In this document: positions 13,560 through 28,063 of the stretch, piece by piece
How the letters are laid out: each line of letters starts with the position of its first letter
Position numbering within the stretch: position 1 is the first letter of the stretch
NCBI RefSeq assembly: GCF_006345805.1
Contig: NC_042999.1
Span: 76,198,001-76,262,000 of the forward strand
Reading direction: 5' to 3'
Origin: Octopus sinensis
Lineage: Eukaryota
DNA length: 64,000 nucleotides
The notes under the pieces: generated by a model
Database searches by the model: none
What the model saw: only the letters and a program-made list of their open reading frames with translations
Told to the model about the DNA's origin: nothing
Made by a program: the position numbers and the translations under genes

Positions 13560-13900
13560 TAACTCACATAGGTCATCTGAATTGCACATGCTGTTAGAGT
13601 TACTCTTTTTCTATACAGAGGTACTGCTCAGCGTATCCTCTATCAAAAGAATAAATATGTACAATCAGGGAACCCAATACTCAAGTACTCTGAGAAAAAA
13701 AAAACATCAGATTTTCACTTTCCACACCCAGCTTCACCTTGTAGGTGTTAGCAAAATCCTTGGCCCCGAAGACACTTCTTTATTGGAGCAAGCAAATAGA
13801 AGTCGTGAACCCTTCCACAAATATGGGCTGCTTCGATTTTGCAACTTTTGTTCTTGTTTTCACCGGCGTCACCCTTGCTCGAAAAGATTCACGACCGAAG
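13560..13900 (-). mobile_element. Mariner transposase C-terminal relic
   Basis: Minus-strand DFYLLAPIKKCLRGQGF resembles the mariner post-catalytic SDFHLFGPLKxxLRGKRF. Otherwise heavily decayed. Confidence 0.45.
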
Positions 13901-14499
13901 GCGTTCGAATTGTGTTCATCATATCCGCTAGGATTCTTTCTTCTTTAATATACGGAAAAGTGATGGAAGGGATTGTTGGAGTTATTTCTCGAAGATCAAT
14001 AATTTTGTAACTATCTCAAGAGCACGTGAAGTTGTACATTAACTCTTGTTACTCATTTATTTCTACTCTCTATAATTCCAATTTATTTGTTTTAATTGTC
14101 TAGTAAATAATTTATCTCCCTTTGTTAATGAATACAACGTCATGCTCCTTTTTTTTTCCAGAAAAACTGATCACGTAAAAAAAATAAATAAATAAGCAGA
14201 GTAGCGTAGCACTTTCCATGTTGTTTAGCCTTCGAAGGGAAATAAAGGGTATTTTTGCAACCGTACTGAATAAGGAATGCGATAACATATGACATTCTAC
14301 AGATAGGACCAAAATGAGTTTCATCAATTCAATATGGAATATTAACTATTGAGTAACTAGCAACAGACGGAATTGATGAAAACGGATAAGAATTATAAAA
14401 ATTGTCATTAGCTTCTCTCTGCCACTCAGAAATTCAAAATCTATCGGAAAATACAGTGTTTTTCAATCGTTCAATTTGATCGGAAAACAGGAAAACAAA

Positions 14500-16218
14500 A
14501 ATAAATGTTATAATTTATTCCATTTAATGGAATGTTATTAATTTGATGCTTCATTCTGAACATTTTTTTTCTCTTTTCACTCATCCTTTCCAGTACATTT
14601 TAGTTTCCTTTCACTGTTTATCTCCTCTTTCTCCCTTTTTCCCTCTCACGCTTCCTCACCTTACTCTTTATGGCAACGCTAATACCCAAATTGTTTTACT
14701 GTTTTTCAATTTCCTCCTTTCTCTCTCCCTATCACTCCCTATTGTTCTTCCTCTCTATGCCCCATCTCTCTAACGTTTTCTAATCTTCCTCTTTCCCTAT
14801 CTCTCATCTACCCTATACTCTCACGAAATTCCTTTTTTCATCCTCTGCCTTTCTCTCTGTTCTCTATCTAAAAAACAATCTTTTATGCCCAACATTATCT
14901 CCCTCTTGTAAGCTTTTTTACTATTATTCTTTTCTTTTTGAGGGGAGGGGTTATATTTCAATTTCCCCATAACTTAAAAATAGTTCTCCCTACTAAGCCA
15001 ACGTCTTCCTTGCGTTTCTATACATCTGTTTCTCTCTCCATATTTTTTTCACTACATTCCGCTTTCCATAACTTCAACTATTCTCTCTCTTCGTCTCTCT
15101 CACTCCCTTTCTCTACCTCTCCAATTCTAATATCAACACATCTTCACTCATTTACTAAATTGCTATTTCTCATCAGCTGCCTTTTCTCCCCAAGCTCTTT
15201 TTACTCTCCCCTTTTCCTTCACTATTTCCCTTGTGCATGTCCATTTGCACTATTTCTCTTTTCTTATCCCCATCCCTCGTCCTCCATTTCACTCTCTTTA
15301 ATTTAAAATCACAACATAAAAAAAAAAACTGTCTGTAATATTGATGAAATTCTAACTTATTGATAGTTACGCTTGAATTTTTACTTTTCAGATTGAGAAG
15401 TGGTTTTATGAATAAAGAAAAATCATATCAAATAGACTTAATAATCGTTGGAATTTCTTTTTTTTTTCATTTATATATTTTCGTTTATTTTCCTTTTCAA
15501 AAAAAAAATCGCTTAATTTTCATTTCTTCCTGTTTGTGTTTCATTGTTTGCTTTTATTTTTTTACATTTTTGTTAATGTCGTCCGATCAATACGAACATT
15601 TCCACAGCATTTTTAAATAAAATCATTTTAACACCCCAACTTAAACATTTTCAAATCTGTCCGAAAAACACTAAACCCATCCCAGATCTCTTTCAATCGC
15701 TCTAACATTTTCTCTCAATATCCAATATTTATTACCAGCCTTCCCTTCCTCCATTTCTCGTTCACTAGTTTATCTCCCAAACTATTTTAATATTTCTATC
15801 TCATACTATATCTCTATCTCTCAAAAGAGCAATATTACCTGTATCTCGCAAATCCCCTTTCGATCTTACAATTTCATCATCATTTACACAAACCCCACCC
15901 TTTTGTTTCCCACCAGGTTATTATCTGTTTCATTCATTCTTTACCTCTTACTGCTGTCTTTTCTTCCACCAGTTCATTATCTTTCACATCCCACATTCTC
16001 TTGTTACTATATGATCTCCTACCACTCCTCCCTTCTCCCTCATTAGATCATCCTTTCTTGCTAGCCCCTCCTTTTCTCATTCGATCATTATCCCTTGTTA
16101 CCCTTCCTTCTCTCACCCTTTCATTATCTGTTATTCACAGCTGCTTCATCCTTTTGATTGAAAATTTCTCATTTTTATCTTTAAATTTTGATTTTCAATT
16201 TTTATTCCATTTCTCTCG

Positions 16219-16225
<7 letters not shown>
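14500..16225 (+). repeat. Long pyrimidine-rich low-complexity tract
   Basis: The plus strand is strongly C/T-biased over about 1.7 kb. The ORFs here are only L/F/S/P-rich read-throughs. Confidence 0.8.
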
Positions 16226-16273
<48 letters not shown>

Positions 16274-16979
16274 ATATATTTAGTTCTATCTTACATTATT
16301 GCTTCGATTTTCCTTATCTTATTTTAGTCTTCATGCTTTCATATAAGACCTTTCTCTTGTCTTTGTGACTTTTTTAATGAACGTCTCACTTTATTGTTTC
16401 TATCTTTCACAAAGAATCAGTTTCCTTATAAAACCAAAGCATAAATGTGAAAGACAAAAAGCAATAAATACTGGCTGACACTACACTTGTCGCAAAACAC
16501 AAGATATCTTTATAAAATATGCTAATTTTTCAAGCTTATACGAGTATATATTACCTACTCAGTGATTCTCTCATCAGTACTTCCGTAAGAACGGTAAAGT
16601 GTATACTTCGTAAAGGAGGTCGGATGAAACGGAAACTTTCACAGTTATCTCCCTCACTTGTCATTATAATTAACATGTTATTAGTAATTGAGCTAATGGT
16701 ATCTTTTCCCGATCAATAAATTATTTCTAATTAGGTATTTGGCGCTCACTGCATTGGGTATGTCAGGATGAAGGTTGTACATGCATAAACATTTATATCA
16801 GAATCTAAAAAGGTGCTGTTTAGTTAATAAAGAATCCTTCAATCTATAACAGTATTATACAACAGCTATTTTTCTATCACTATTTTCTTTTATAGCTGCA
16901 ATGAGGGTAGAAACTCACATGAAATGTATATTATATCTGCTAAAACAATGCCTGGTCTCTAAGTATCAATAACTGGAAC

Positions 16980-17790
16980 ACACTAGATTGTAAAATCCTA
17001 CATCTCACACTCATTATTCTCGGTGATTTCTTCTGTACCATTTCGATGTTTCTTTTTCCTTTCTAGGCTGTACTTCTCACTCAATCTCCAATAAACATAC
17101 TTAAGTATATTATCATGCCTCCTTTTGTATTCCTTTGGAAGCCATTTTGCTACACTCATTGACAATATGTGAGACGGTTTCGTTTTTGATGCCACACATT
17201 CTACAATGGGGCGAATCACTACCCTTATACATTTGGAACTTGATATAATTAGTTCTCATGCTTGTTCCTGAGCGCTGCATATCAATGCCTCACTGCATCC
17301 TTTCAGATCACTTTTCCTTAGACATCTACAGGTGTTGATCCTATCTTTCTCTTTCATTTCTCTGAGTTATTGCCTATGTATCGTTTACATTTCCCAGTAG
17401 TTCGATCCTTGTTCTCTATCTTGTTTCATAAATGTTTTTGGATGTGTCACATTTTCACTATTTTCACATGTTGCTCTTTCTAATACCAACAACCAAATGT
17501 TTAATCAACTGTTTGACGTACTATCTCAGACTGTTTTCATCATTGAAAACACAGATCTTGCATCCTATGATGCCTCTTCCACACTTGTTTCTAGCTACAT
17601 ACAGTCCATCGATATCACTTTTACGGTCCAGTTCCTTGTTCATTGCCATCACTTTCCTGGCTTTCCTACCCATTTCCTCAAAATTGTTCTTTGTCCACCT
17701 CACAACAGCTGCATAATATCGCGTTAAGGAGACAACCCATGTATTCATTACCCTGATCTTGTTCTTTCCATTGAGTCTATCTCCATAATT
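16980..17790 (-). mobile_element. R4/Dong-like RLE LINE fragment (RT thumb to CCHC region)
   Basis: NTWVVSLTRY...RKARKVMAMNKEL..KSDIDGLYVARNKCGRG and KEYKRRHDNILKYVYW. Confidence 0.85.
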
Positions 17791-17824
17791 AATCTGGTAA
17801 TAATAATAATTATTATTATTATCA

Positions 17825-18325
17825 TTGCCTTTACACAGCTTCTAACGCTGGAGATGTACTACGGTGTCAGCTGTTCACTACCAGTGAACTAGGGTAAAAC
17901 CTCTTATTTTTCGAGCACCTATCGGAGTATCCGAACGGTTCCAGGCAGTACTGTTTTCTGCAAGTGCTCCACCCTCATTGCAGCCCGTATTTGTTCCACG
18001 TACTTCTCGAGATTTTTGCTCACTGTTCCCAGGGGTCCGAAAATTTTTCATCGACCACAACTGCTTAAGTTCCCAAGCTAACCTGTCAAATCTCTCGACT
18101 TTTCTTTCTTCCTTATCGCATACCTTGTTGTCAACTGGGCATGCTATATCTATGATCCAGCATAGCTTATTTTCTTTCTCAATTAACACTGTGCCTGGCT
18201 TCCTATTCTCAATCTGATGGTCGCACTGAATCCTAAAATTCTATAGGATCTTTGCATTTTTATTTTCGATGGTGCCTTAGGGTTTGTGATCGTACCAATT
18301 TTTTGCTCTGTCAAGTTATATTGTT
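17825..18325 (-). mobile_element. R4/Dong-like LINE 3' end (RLE domain, 3' UTR, (AAT)n tail)
   Basis: WYDHKP...KIL.NFRIQCDHQIENRKPGTVLIEKENKLCWIIDIACP...LAWELKQLW, followed on the sense strand by an (AAT)n tail at about 17811-17826. Confidence 0.85.
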
Positions 18326-18427
18326 GTGGCGTCTCTTATATTGCTTCTGGGCTAGTGGCATACATTGGCTAGTCATATGCCATACGTTTTTGTCATTTGG
18401 TACATAAGTCTCTATTATCATCATCAC

Positions 18428-18428
18428 C

Positions 18429-18496
<68 letters not shown>

Positions 18497-18500
18497 TGTA
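18428..18500. repeat. (TAG)n microsatellite
   Basis: Direct observation. Confidence 0.9.
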
Positions 18501-19094
18501 GTTTTTGTTGATGTTGCTGCTGCTTTTACTTGATGATATGGTGAGTGGCAAAATAGATAAACAACCAGATGAATTATTTTATGGTATACAGTTATCTCTC
18601 TCTAGGCTCTGAGTTGAATCGCATTCGCTTTGACTCTAACTTTCATACTTCCGGGGACGGTAAAATATGCAACACCTATGTATTGGCATCGATAGATATC
18701 GCCTCCACTCCCTAGTAACGTTTCTGTATTAAGGGTAGAAATTAAGATTATGATTTACAATTTATTCACAAAATTTATTATTTCTCCCAATTTCTCTGAC
18801 CATCTTTATTGCTCCCGTTTTTCTTTTTCATCTATCCCTCTATCTATCTCTAACAGCTTTCCTTTATACAACCTTTTATTATATATATTATATATATTAT
18901 ATTTTTCTAATCTTACAATTTTTTTATTATTCCGTGTAATGCATTTGACAAGTAACTCTGTGTCAATTTCATTCTATCATCCTGTATACTCCAAAGATAA
19001 TAAAATATGATTCGAAATAATAATTCTGACTCATAATATATGCAAAAAATGAAACCGCGTATACACACATGCTCGCGTCCATAATGTATGAAAG

Positions 19095-19340
19095 TGTTTG
19101 TATGTATGTATGTATGTATGTATGTATGTATGTATGTATGTGTGTATGTATGTGTATGTATGTATGTGTGTATGTATTTATGTATGTATGTATGTATGTA
19201 TGTATGCACATAAGTATGTATGTATGCATGCATGTATGTATGCATGTATATATGTATGAATGTATGTATGTGTATGTATAAGTATGAATGTGTATGTATG
19301 AATGTATGTATGAATGTATGTATGCATGAATGTATGTTTC
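19095..19340. repeat. (TATG)n degenerate microsatellite
   Basis: Direct observation. Confidence 0.9.
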
Positions 19341-20059
19341 TATTTAATTTTTATCCTTGTTGTTTTCTGTCTGTTCAACGCTTGATTTATATATATATAT
19401 ATATAACCAAATTGAAGGAGTACTGCAGATAAAATGCAGGCTACATATGTCTCCCGGCTAGCAGATTCTTTGATGTAATAATTATTCAACGCAGGTTACT
19501 CGGCGAATTCTCATCAGGCCTGAAGGTACCTCAGTTATATGAAGGTTATTTTGTAATTAAGGAATTCCAAGTTAACTCGCCGAAGAACAGACTAGAAAAA
19601 TGAAATTAAAAAAACAAACGTAAAAAAGCAAATGCTTGAAGAAATAAGATGGTCAGTAAATAGGAAGAGGGAATGCTGACTTTAAAGGAAGGGTCTCAAT
19701 GAATATTAAGCAGAGGCCACTTTATTGTGTCTACAGCAAATCGGTACTTAGGCGCACCCATGCGTAAACATTCCAACAGAAAAAAAAATAGAATACATGA
19801 AATAGTTAGGAATAAGAAAAAGAGAAAAGGAAGAAGTTCAAATTCAGGAGTGAGAGTTAGGTAGAGTTGTTAGGAAAGAAGAAAAGGAGGGAGAAAAAAG
19901 GAAAAAGTGTTAGGACTTGAAGGGCAACATAATAGTTCTGGTTATAGCTGATCGCTTACTATCTCACATATATATTCGCGTAACCGCACGCGCACGCGTA
20001 CACTCACGACATACCCATAGTATCAGCATATGCAAATTCTCGTGGATCATATTTCTGCA

Positions 20060-20730
20060 TTTTGTATGACATGTGGACTCAACATTAGCCTGAAGAAAGA
20101 CTTTTGTATAGTTCTAGCCTTCGCCAAAAACACGTATGTGGAACCATCTATCTTAGTTGAAGAATAAGTATCGATCGTGGTAAACAAGTTTTCTATCTGG
20201 GCTGCACACACAACTGTTTTGGTCCTTAGGTGATGAAATATATCTTAGGTTTCAGCAGGCAAGTAATTTCTTAACGGATCTTGAATCTTGTGTCTAGCCC
20301 AACATCACAAGGCGAACAATGTAGTATGAGTGTGTGCTGACGTCGGTCCTTTACTCAAGTGGAACATAGACTTTACAAGCATCACACAGGGGCTCTTGAA
20401 CGCTTCCAGCAGAGATGTATGAGGCATGTTGGCTGATCATTTCGGACTCCGGACACGTAGAACCCGAAAGGAGTTTTGAGCGTTGAGGTGATGGTGCAAA
20501 AGTACCGTTTACGTTAGGCTGCCAGGGGATCGCTAAGCAGATGCTATGTGACAAACTCGTTTGTGAAAATGCCCCCAACAGACACCAGGATTATCATTTG
20601 AGGATTGTGTAAAGTCCACATTGAAAGCAAGTGAAATATGGAAGGTCAAATAGGAAAGCAGTGCTTGTCATCGGCACACATGGAGGAAATAAATTCTGGA
20701 AGGAGAGGTTGTTTTCGAAGAATCACTCCA
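20060..20730 (+). mobile_element. RTE-clade LINE fragment (RT thumb to C-terminus)
   Basis: Broken plus-strand peptides CGLNISLKK, VVNKF.YLG, VLTSVLYSSGT.TL, LERFQQRCMR, KQMLCDKL and WRK follow the RTE/BovB C-terminal pattern. Confidence 0.75.
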
Positions 20731-21560
20731 TTTCCCTTCAGAATTTAGGCGAGCTACTCGAAAATGCACTGCATTTTTTCTTTTGGAGCGTAGAGTTATT
20801 CTGTGGATGATTTAATGCCAATAATTCGAGATGGGTGTCCCTCTCAGTGTGTGGTGTTTGATGTGTGTGTCTTTCAGCAGTATTGTATTTGATGTGGAGA
20901 AAAATATTCCACTCTTTACCTCACTTTGTGCTACCTAATCACGATTTGAGCGTACATATGATCAAAGGATTTCAAGCCGTTCTTTTTGGGATGTCTGAAA
21001 CCATATTTTCCAGTGAGTTCGCTTTTTTCTTGAGTGTGATAGAGGTGGTTGTCGTCGTCACCGTGCTAGTGGTTGACTGTTAGTGGTGCTAGCATTAGAG
21101 TATTCCTGAAATCTTACGAACCCCAGGAGTATTCTGTATTCTGTATTCAGGATTTAAAAAATAACGGTAACATAAACATTTGTCAGTTTTATAACACAGT
21201 AGCGAACTCTTTATTCTCCAGTAGAGATGGTGAAGTCCATTTCTGAATAAAGTGACTATGCTCTGAACATGGCTTACTACCATATCGACTAAATTATCAG
21301 TAACCATATCATACTATTGATGACTACCCAGAGAAATTCGTTCAAAGGCTAAAATACCTGTGATCTCAAACATCAAATAATGCACAAAACCAGAGAAACA
21401 CAAACACAGAACATGCACGTAATTTAGAAGTACATGCATTAACGACCACACACACAACCAAATACGTATGTGTACATGTGTGCCTGTGAATACACTAACA
21501 CTTACAGACATACACACATGCATACACTTTGCCAGTATGTACATATTCACATTTGAATAC

Positions 21561-21634
<74 letters not shown>

Positions 21635-22139
21635 TATGTATTCAACTGTGAATACATTAATAATTACTACTAGATCATATACAGATGTTCACATAAAAAA
21701 ATACATGAGATAACAAGCATATACTGCAAGAATTCAGCAACACTATGATGCGAAGATTACTATTTGAAAATTTAGAAGCAGCATGTTCTGTATCCTGGAT
21801 AAGGATATTAACAGTTTTGTTGTATCTAGTGACATCTTACTTCAGAGCATAACCAGAGAGCAAGTCATTGCCTACACGTTATGACTGTAGTTTATTTACC
21901 ATCAGGAATGGAAGTCAAGGAATTCAAATTATAGGTAAGTCATGTCTTTCCACAACATCTATGATGGCATAACCCCAAAGACACTAACGAAACCAGTCAT
22001 TAATTTTATACTCAAGCTGATATTTCTAAAAGTTACCAGCATCATGATAATTTCTTTTAAAATTTAACTTATTTTGAATATGTTAGCAGGGATATAATAT
22101 TGATTAGACATGAGGTATCCAACATAGCAGGTTAACAGC

Positions 22140-22700
22140 TTTTAACCCCGCCAGCCTCACAAACGCCTCTGCGGATCCACTGTGGATCCTTTCGTACTCC
22201 ACCTATTTTCGCACCATTAAACTGTTGGCCGCCTTCAACGCCATGTTACACTGAACGAGATCATAAAGCATGCCCTAGAGGCCTCAAACTTCCCTACCTT
22301 AAACCAGCGTGACTGGACGGGAGGGACGGTAAAAGGCCAGACAGAATGACAATTTTCCCATTCAGCACTTGTTGGTACTTCATCAGGAATGTCACATGTT
22401 GTGGCACCTTCTCCACCGTTAACATTGTGTGTTCGGCTTTGAGTTCAGGCTTCGTTGCTCGTGAAGTTTAGAAGGGAAAATATCAAAGTATTGGCCACTC
22501 CCTGACAGATTTGTGGTCAAACTTAAGGCATTGGTGACCTCCGGAGTTCTTGGCTCACAGACTGCCACCCTACTTTCTACTATCGAGGCAGAAATGGCTA
22601 TACGCAAGTATAAGCCCCGTGTATCAGAGTGGTGGTTCCTGCGCGTCTCTCTTCCCATCCTCCAGAGTAATGCCTTTTCCATTTTGTCCACAGGGACAAA
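22140..22700 (+). mobile_element. CRE-clade RLE LINE 3' fragment
   Basis: CLCGSTVDP (CCHC start), RH..LNEIIKHAL, DGKRPDRMTIFPF, KGKYQ, and WFLRVSLPILQSNAFSILST (compare CRE FLxQRLSxAIQRGNAxSILGT). Confidence 0.75.
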
Positions 22701-23609
22701 GTCACTTATAAGTGTTGTATTTCTTAAGACAAATACACTATCAATGAAATTACTTCCTATACAGATTGTTAACCTAATACATCGATAGCTAGAAAACCTG
22801 AAACTTCCATTTAAATAATTGTCCATTCCCGTCTTTAAGTCTTATTTTGAGGATGACAAAGTGACTTATAAGGTCTTTAGGTATTGTTTAGATCTATGTG
22901 AGCCTAGATCGAGCAAAGCTATAAACAAAAGCGTTCTTGTTATTTCTATGACACAGTATAACTAGGACTACATTACCCTATGTACTTTTTTTTTTCATTT
23001 TTAAACGATTGGGTTTGAGTTGAAAGAGTTGTAAGAAATGTTATGCAAGTTAAGCAACCACGAACAAGTTACTTCATTATTCTGAAGTCGTAGGGTAATT
23101 TTCGTCGCTATACCTCACTGTTACAATTTAAAATCGACTGCATGAAAGCACATCGCTCTCTGACCCAACTACTACATTATTTCATACTGTATTTGTTATG
23201 GTCTCGTCTGTATTTCCTAATTTGAAACATTCCCCATGCGTGAGAACCAGTGAGTGGAAAGAAAGGATTTGGAAAATGTGTTTTAAAAAGCTCCTGCCGA
23301 CAAACATAATATTTCAGTGGATTCCCAGAGTCAACCAATAAAAAATGGTACTATTCAGAGCGAAAGGAAACGAGAAGAAAAAACAAAGCAACGAAGAGAG
23401 AAAATAGGGAAAAAATAACATTGACGGAAGAGAAAACATTTGTGTGATAAAATGCGATTAGAAAAGTAAACAAGTGTTGGAAAAGGATATCTTTACTGGA
23501 GTTGTATGTGGCAACATGCCGCGGTAGGAAGAAATGCGCCATACAGGTGCAGTCCACACGCATGTAAGTATGTGTGTGCGTGCGTGTGTGGGTGGGTGTG
23601 TACATATAA

Positions 23610-23678
<69 letters not shown>

Positions 23679-23682
23679 ACAC

Positions 23683-23870
23683 ACACATGGTTATGTGGTT
23701 AGAATTTGCTTCCCAACCACAACTGTTCGTGTTCAGTCCCGCTGCGTGCCACCTTGGGAAAGTGTCTTCTAGTATAGCCCTGGGACAACCAAGTGAGTAA
23801 TTTGGTTGACAGAGACTGAGAGAAACCTGCTGCATCTGTAGCGCACACATACAGCGACACACACACATTT
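23683..23870 (+). mobile_element. SINE family A, 5' half
   Basis: GGTTATGTGGTTAGAATTTGCTTCCCAACCAC...GTTCAGTCCC...CACCTTGGGAAAGTGTCTTCTAG. Confidence 0.85.
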
Positions 23871-23871
23871 G

Positions 23872-23973
<102 letters not shown>

Positions 23974-25584
23974 GGCACACCCATGTACATATACACACTC
24001 CTGCATAGCCTTGCTTTGGGTACTCAAATCCTGATGAATACGAAGGGGTGCCAAAGTGATATATAGTATGCCGCATCACTTTTATACCTGGAGGAATCTG
24101 TCCTCTCCACGCCTAACCGTATCCGATTTCTCCAGAAAATGTTATACTGTAACTGAGTGAATGTAATAAAGTGAGAGAAGTAGAGTCACCCACAGTACAT
24201 GAGATGTATTATTATTTTGCCGAAAGGACCACCACAAAGTAATCTAGCAGTATACACATCTCTCAACGCTCTTCATCATAAATGAAAAGACAATGTTTTT
24301 CGGTAATATGAAGGAGATGGTGATGGTATAATTATTAGGTATATGAAGTGAGATTGTGAAATATTTTATGAGTGGAATAAAGGAAAGAATATTGCCTAAT
24401 ATGGAGAGAGTGTTGATGATCTAACAATTAGTTAGTTGAAGTAAGAATATGGAATACCTCGCAAATGGAATAACAGACATAATAATACCCGAAAAGGCAC
24501 TAAAGACTCGCAGATTTTGGTTATAGGAGAGGAAAACATTCGGGTTGTAAAATTGATAGGACTTAAACTTTTTTTAACACGGTTTGTTATCTTTATTGAT
24601 AGTTACGTGGCCTTTACAGAAGAAGGGGAGAGAGACCCCCCCCCCATAGTACAAAGATTGCAGAAGTTATTACTGATTTCATTGTGTGAAGCGAATTAGG
24701 AAAGGTCCTCAATCACAATCTCTCACAATAAATTTAGTTCATTTCCCCCATCAATAGGCCATATAGTTGATATTTCAAAATGCAATGTCCGACTCTCATT
24801 TTAATAAGTTATTACACCTGCAGTTGCGCACCAGAGAGTTATAACGAACAGTAGGCATTTTATCTAAGCCTTACTCAAGACCCCGATAAATGATAGTGGT
24901 TTTTGTGACCAATGATGACCACAGAGTATTGATGACCGTTTGGGGGAGGTGATGAAACTGTCATTGTTCTTCATGCGAGAACGTTTACGTATGTGTAAAT
25001 GCGCACACGATTACATCTATGGGTGATTTTATTAATTGAATCTATTATTGACAGATCAGAAAAAAATGCATGCAGTTTGATTTTCTTCAATGGTGATATG
25101 CTTCCATATGTACATGCTTATACTTTGATAACGACTTAATTTAACTCATACATTTCAACCGAAGAGAATTTCACCATATTTATGTGCTAGGGGTCACTTT
25201 AATATATATCACTTATAATATTCTCACATCAGAGAGTAGAAAGTAGTCGTGCAGTTTAAACGATATCTGTTTTGACGCCTTCATCATATACTCAAACGGT
25301 TGGGACAACTGTGAGAGTGGGTTAGTTGAATCGTTACAGTATCTGACAAAATATTTTGGAGTATTATTTACGATCTTTTAACTTCTTACATCAAACCTCG
25401 TGAAAGTCGACGTCAAACTTCCGTTCCTGCAAGATTGTTAAAATAAATAGCCCAGTATTTGCAAACAAAGACAACTCATAGGTCTGATCGCACATGGCTG
25501 AACATCCCTGATCACCGAAAGAGCAAAAAGTTAATTTTACCTATCCAGTTAGGTGACTCAATAAATGTGTGTGTGTACATATGC

Positions 25585-25648
<64 letters not shown>

Positions 25649-26015
25649 AGTATATAAATGTGCGCGTGTGTGTGTGTGTGTGCGCGCGCGTCATGCATGT
25701 GTGTGTGTATGTGTGTGAACATCAGCACTTTTTTATATGAGAATGCGCAATATGCAGTGTGCAATATGGAAACTACATGATAATAATAACACAAGTATGC
25801 ATCTAATCTTCCATCGAGCTTCAAAATCCTTCTTTAGAAATATTTTACACACACACACACATATGCACACATGCAAACGCACACACACAGATACACATAC
25901 ATTTTACAGCTCTCGCTTTCTCTCTCTCTCTCTCACGAATCACATCAACTATTAAAAGTTTCAAAATGTAGTCATAAATGCAAATTTTTCCAAGCCTGTA
26001 CTTATGTAGTACGAG

Positions 26016-26062
<47 letters not shown>

Positions 26063-26233
26063 CACATGCACTATACTCGCGCATATAAGGATATACGTAT
26101 ATGAGCGCAACACTCAGACACTCACACACATATGCACACATACATATACACACATATATACATATGCAAACATACAAATACATGCACACATATTTATATA
26201 TACAAATATATATTGTTATTATTATTAATATTA

Positions 26234-26266
<33 letters not shown>

Positions 26267-27118
26267 GAGACTTTATAGATACTATATTTGATTTAATTCT
26301 TTTAAAATTTCTATTTCAAAGTTGAAATTTTTAAAAAATAAATGAAACAACAAATAAAGAAATCACGAAAAAAAAAATTATAAAATGCATCAACGCCAAA
26401 CCCAAACCCAACCTCAACTAAATAGAAAGAATAATCATTAGAATAATGATTGAAAAGTTAAATCTGAAAACTGAAATCGGAATATTTAATTTCGTTTCTC
26501 TTCTACACCCATACATCCCACAGCTCTTCTGACCATAATAAAGATTTTCAATCAATAAAATCTGCCAGAATCATTGATTGTTATTTTTTTTTTTTTTTAC
26601 ACCATCCTAATTTCTTGACATTATATCGTGTGGGATTTTTTCCGGTTTTTATTTCTGCTTGCTTGTCATTTCTTTGTTTGTTTGTTAGTTTTTCATTAAT
26701 TTGGTCCGTTTTATTTTATTTAATTTTATTAATACATTTTTTTATTCTATAGTTTCTTATTCCGGTTTGGTAATTAGAACTCTGTTGTTGATCTTTTGTT
26801 CGAAGATATCTGCCATCGTTAGCCTGGCAATGTTCAGCTTCAAAGAGAATCAATTAGATATCACTTGACTCGTAAAATAGAATGAAACGGGAAAACAACA
26901 ACAAAAAAAGAAGGAAAAATAAAGAAAAACAAAGGAAAGATTTTTAAAAAATAATCGCTAAGTCAGAACAGATGTAAACAAGTAGTGTTTCGTTTCGTTT
27001 CCTTTCGTTGTAATAACTAACACATTCCTTTGTAATTTATCTGTTCCACACTATTAAAGACAGCAGTATGTATTTGTGTATCTGCCTGTTTATATATTTA
27101 AATACACATGTATATATA

Positions 27119-27172
<54 letters not shown>

Positions 27173-28031
27173 ATGTATATACATACATACATACATACAT
27201 ACATACATACATACATACATACATACATACATACACACAAGCATATGCATATGCGCCTGTGTGGATGGTTTTGTTTGCGTGCGTGTGTGTATATGTATAA
27301 AGAACGGCGCATGCTTTCACAAGATAAACTTTACCGTTTTTGTAGATGCAATGCTATTTCCTGCGTTTACAAATGAGTATACAGAGATTAGAAGGTTGTG
27401 TATGGTTGTACTTATTGATCTTTCCTGCTTATAACAGATGCATTTAGGTTTTGAAACATTGGCATAAATACCACAGTCTTTTTCGCTTCCTCAAACTGAT
27501 GAGAAAGATGGTAACTTCTGAGCTGGATTTGTATAGAGTATGGTAACTTCCTACTCTGCATTTGTTGATGTTCAATGGTTAGGGCAAATGGATTCTATTT
27601 AGAGTGAATCTGATTTCTTTAATTTTGTAAAGTTATGTGAAAGACACAAGTCGGTTGCATGTGACATAGCAAAGGCACAAGCGTAGTACTTTACATCACA
27701 CCATCGTTGCCGAAGATGCTGGAAGACGTGTCAGATGAACCTATTTCTTGCGGAGCAACGTTATGGCAATTACTGCTTCTTGGGAAATACTGTATGTGGG
27801 ACTTTGCTCCACTAAGTGTCGGTGGATGGAGACGAAAACTTTAGGGAAGTTTGCAAAAAACAAGAGTACATATAGGATTTTTAAACCTGATACTCTGAAT
27901 GGTTCTTAATGATTATTAATTTCTGCGCAAAAGGAGAGTAAAGTACAATATATTACATTTATAACATATTACACACACACACACACACACAAACACTCAC
28001 ACACACGCAAACAAACAAACCCACGCATACA

Positions 28032-28063
<32 letters not shown>

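Noticed and set aside
13528-14010. 160-aa plus-strand ORF
   Set aside because: Antisense to a mariner relic, with no recognisable domain or splice support.
19491-19525. Minus-strand CTGATGAGAATTC...GAGTAAC
   Set aside because: No GAAA and no stem III.
21840-21940. Strong donor AG|GTAAGT with a possible upstream acceptor
   Set aside because: The candidate exon frames contain stops or give no recognisable peptide, and there are no companion exons.
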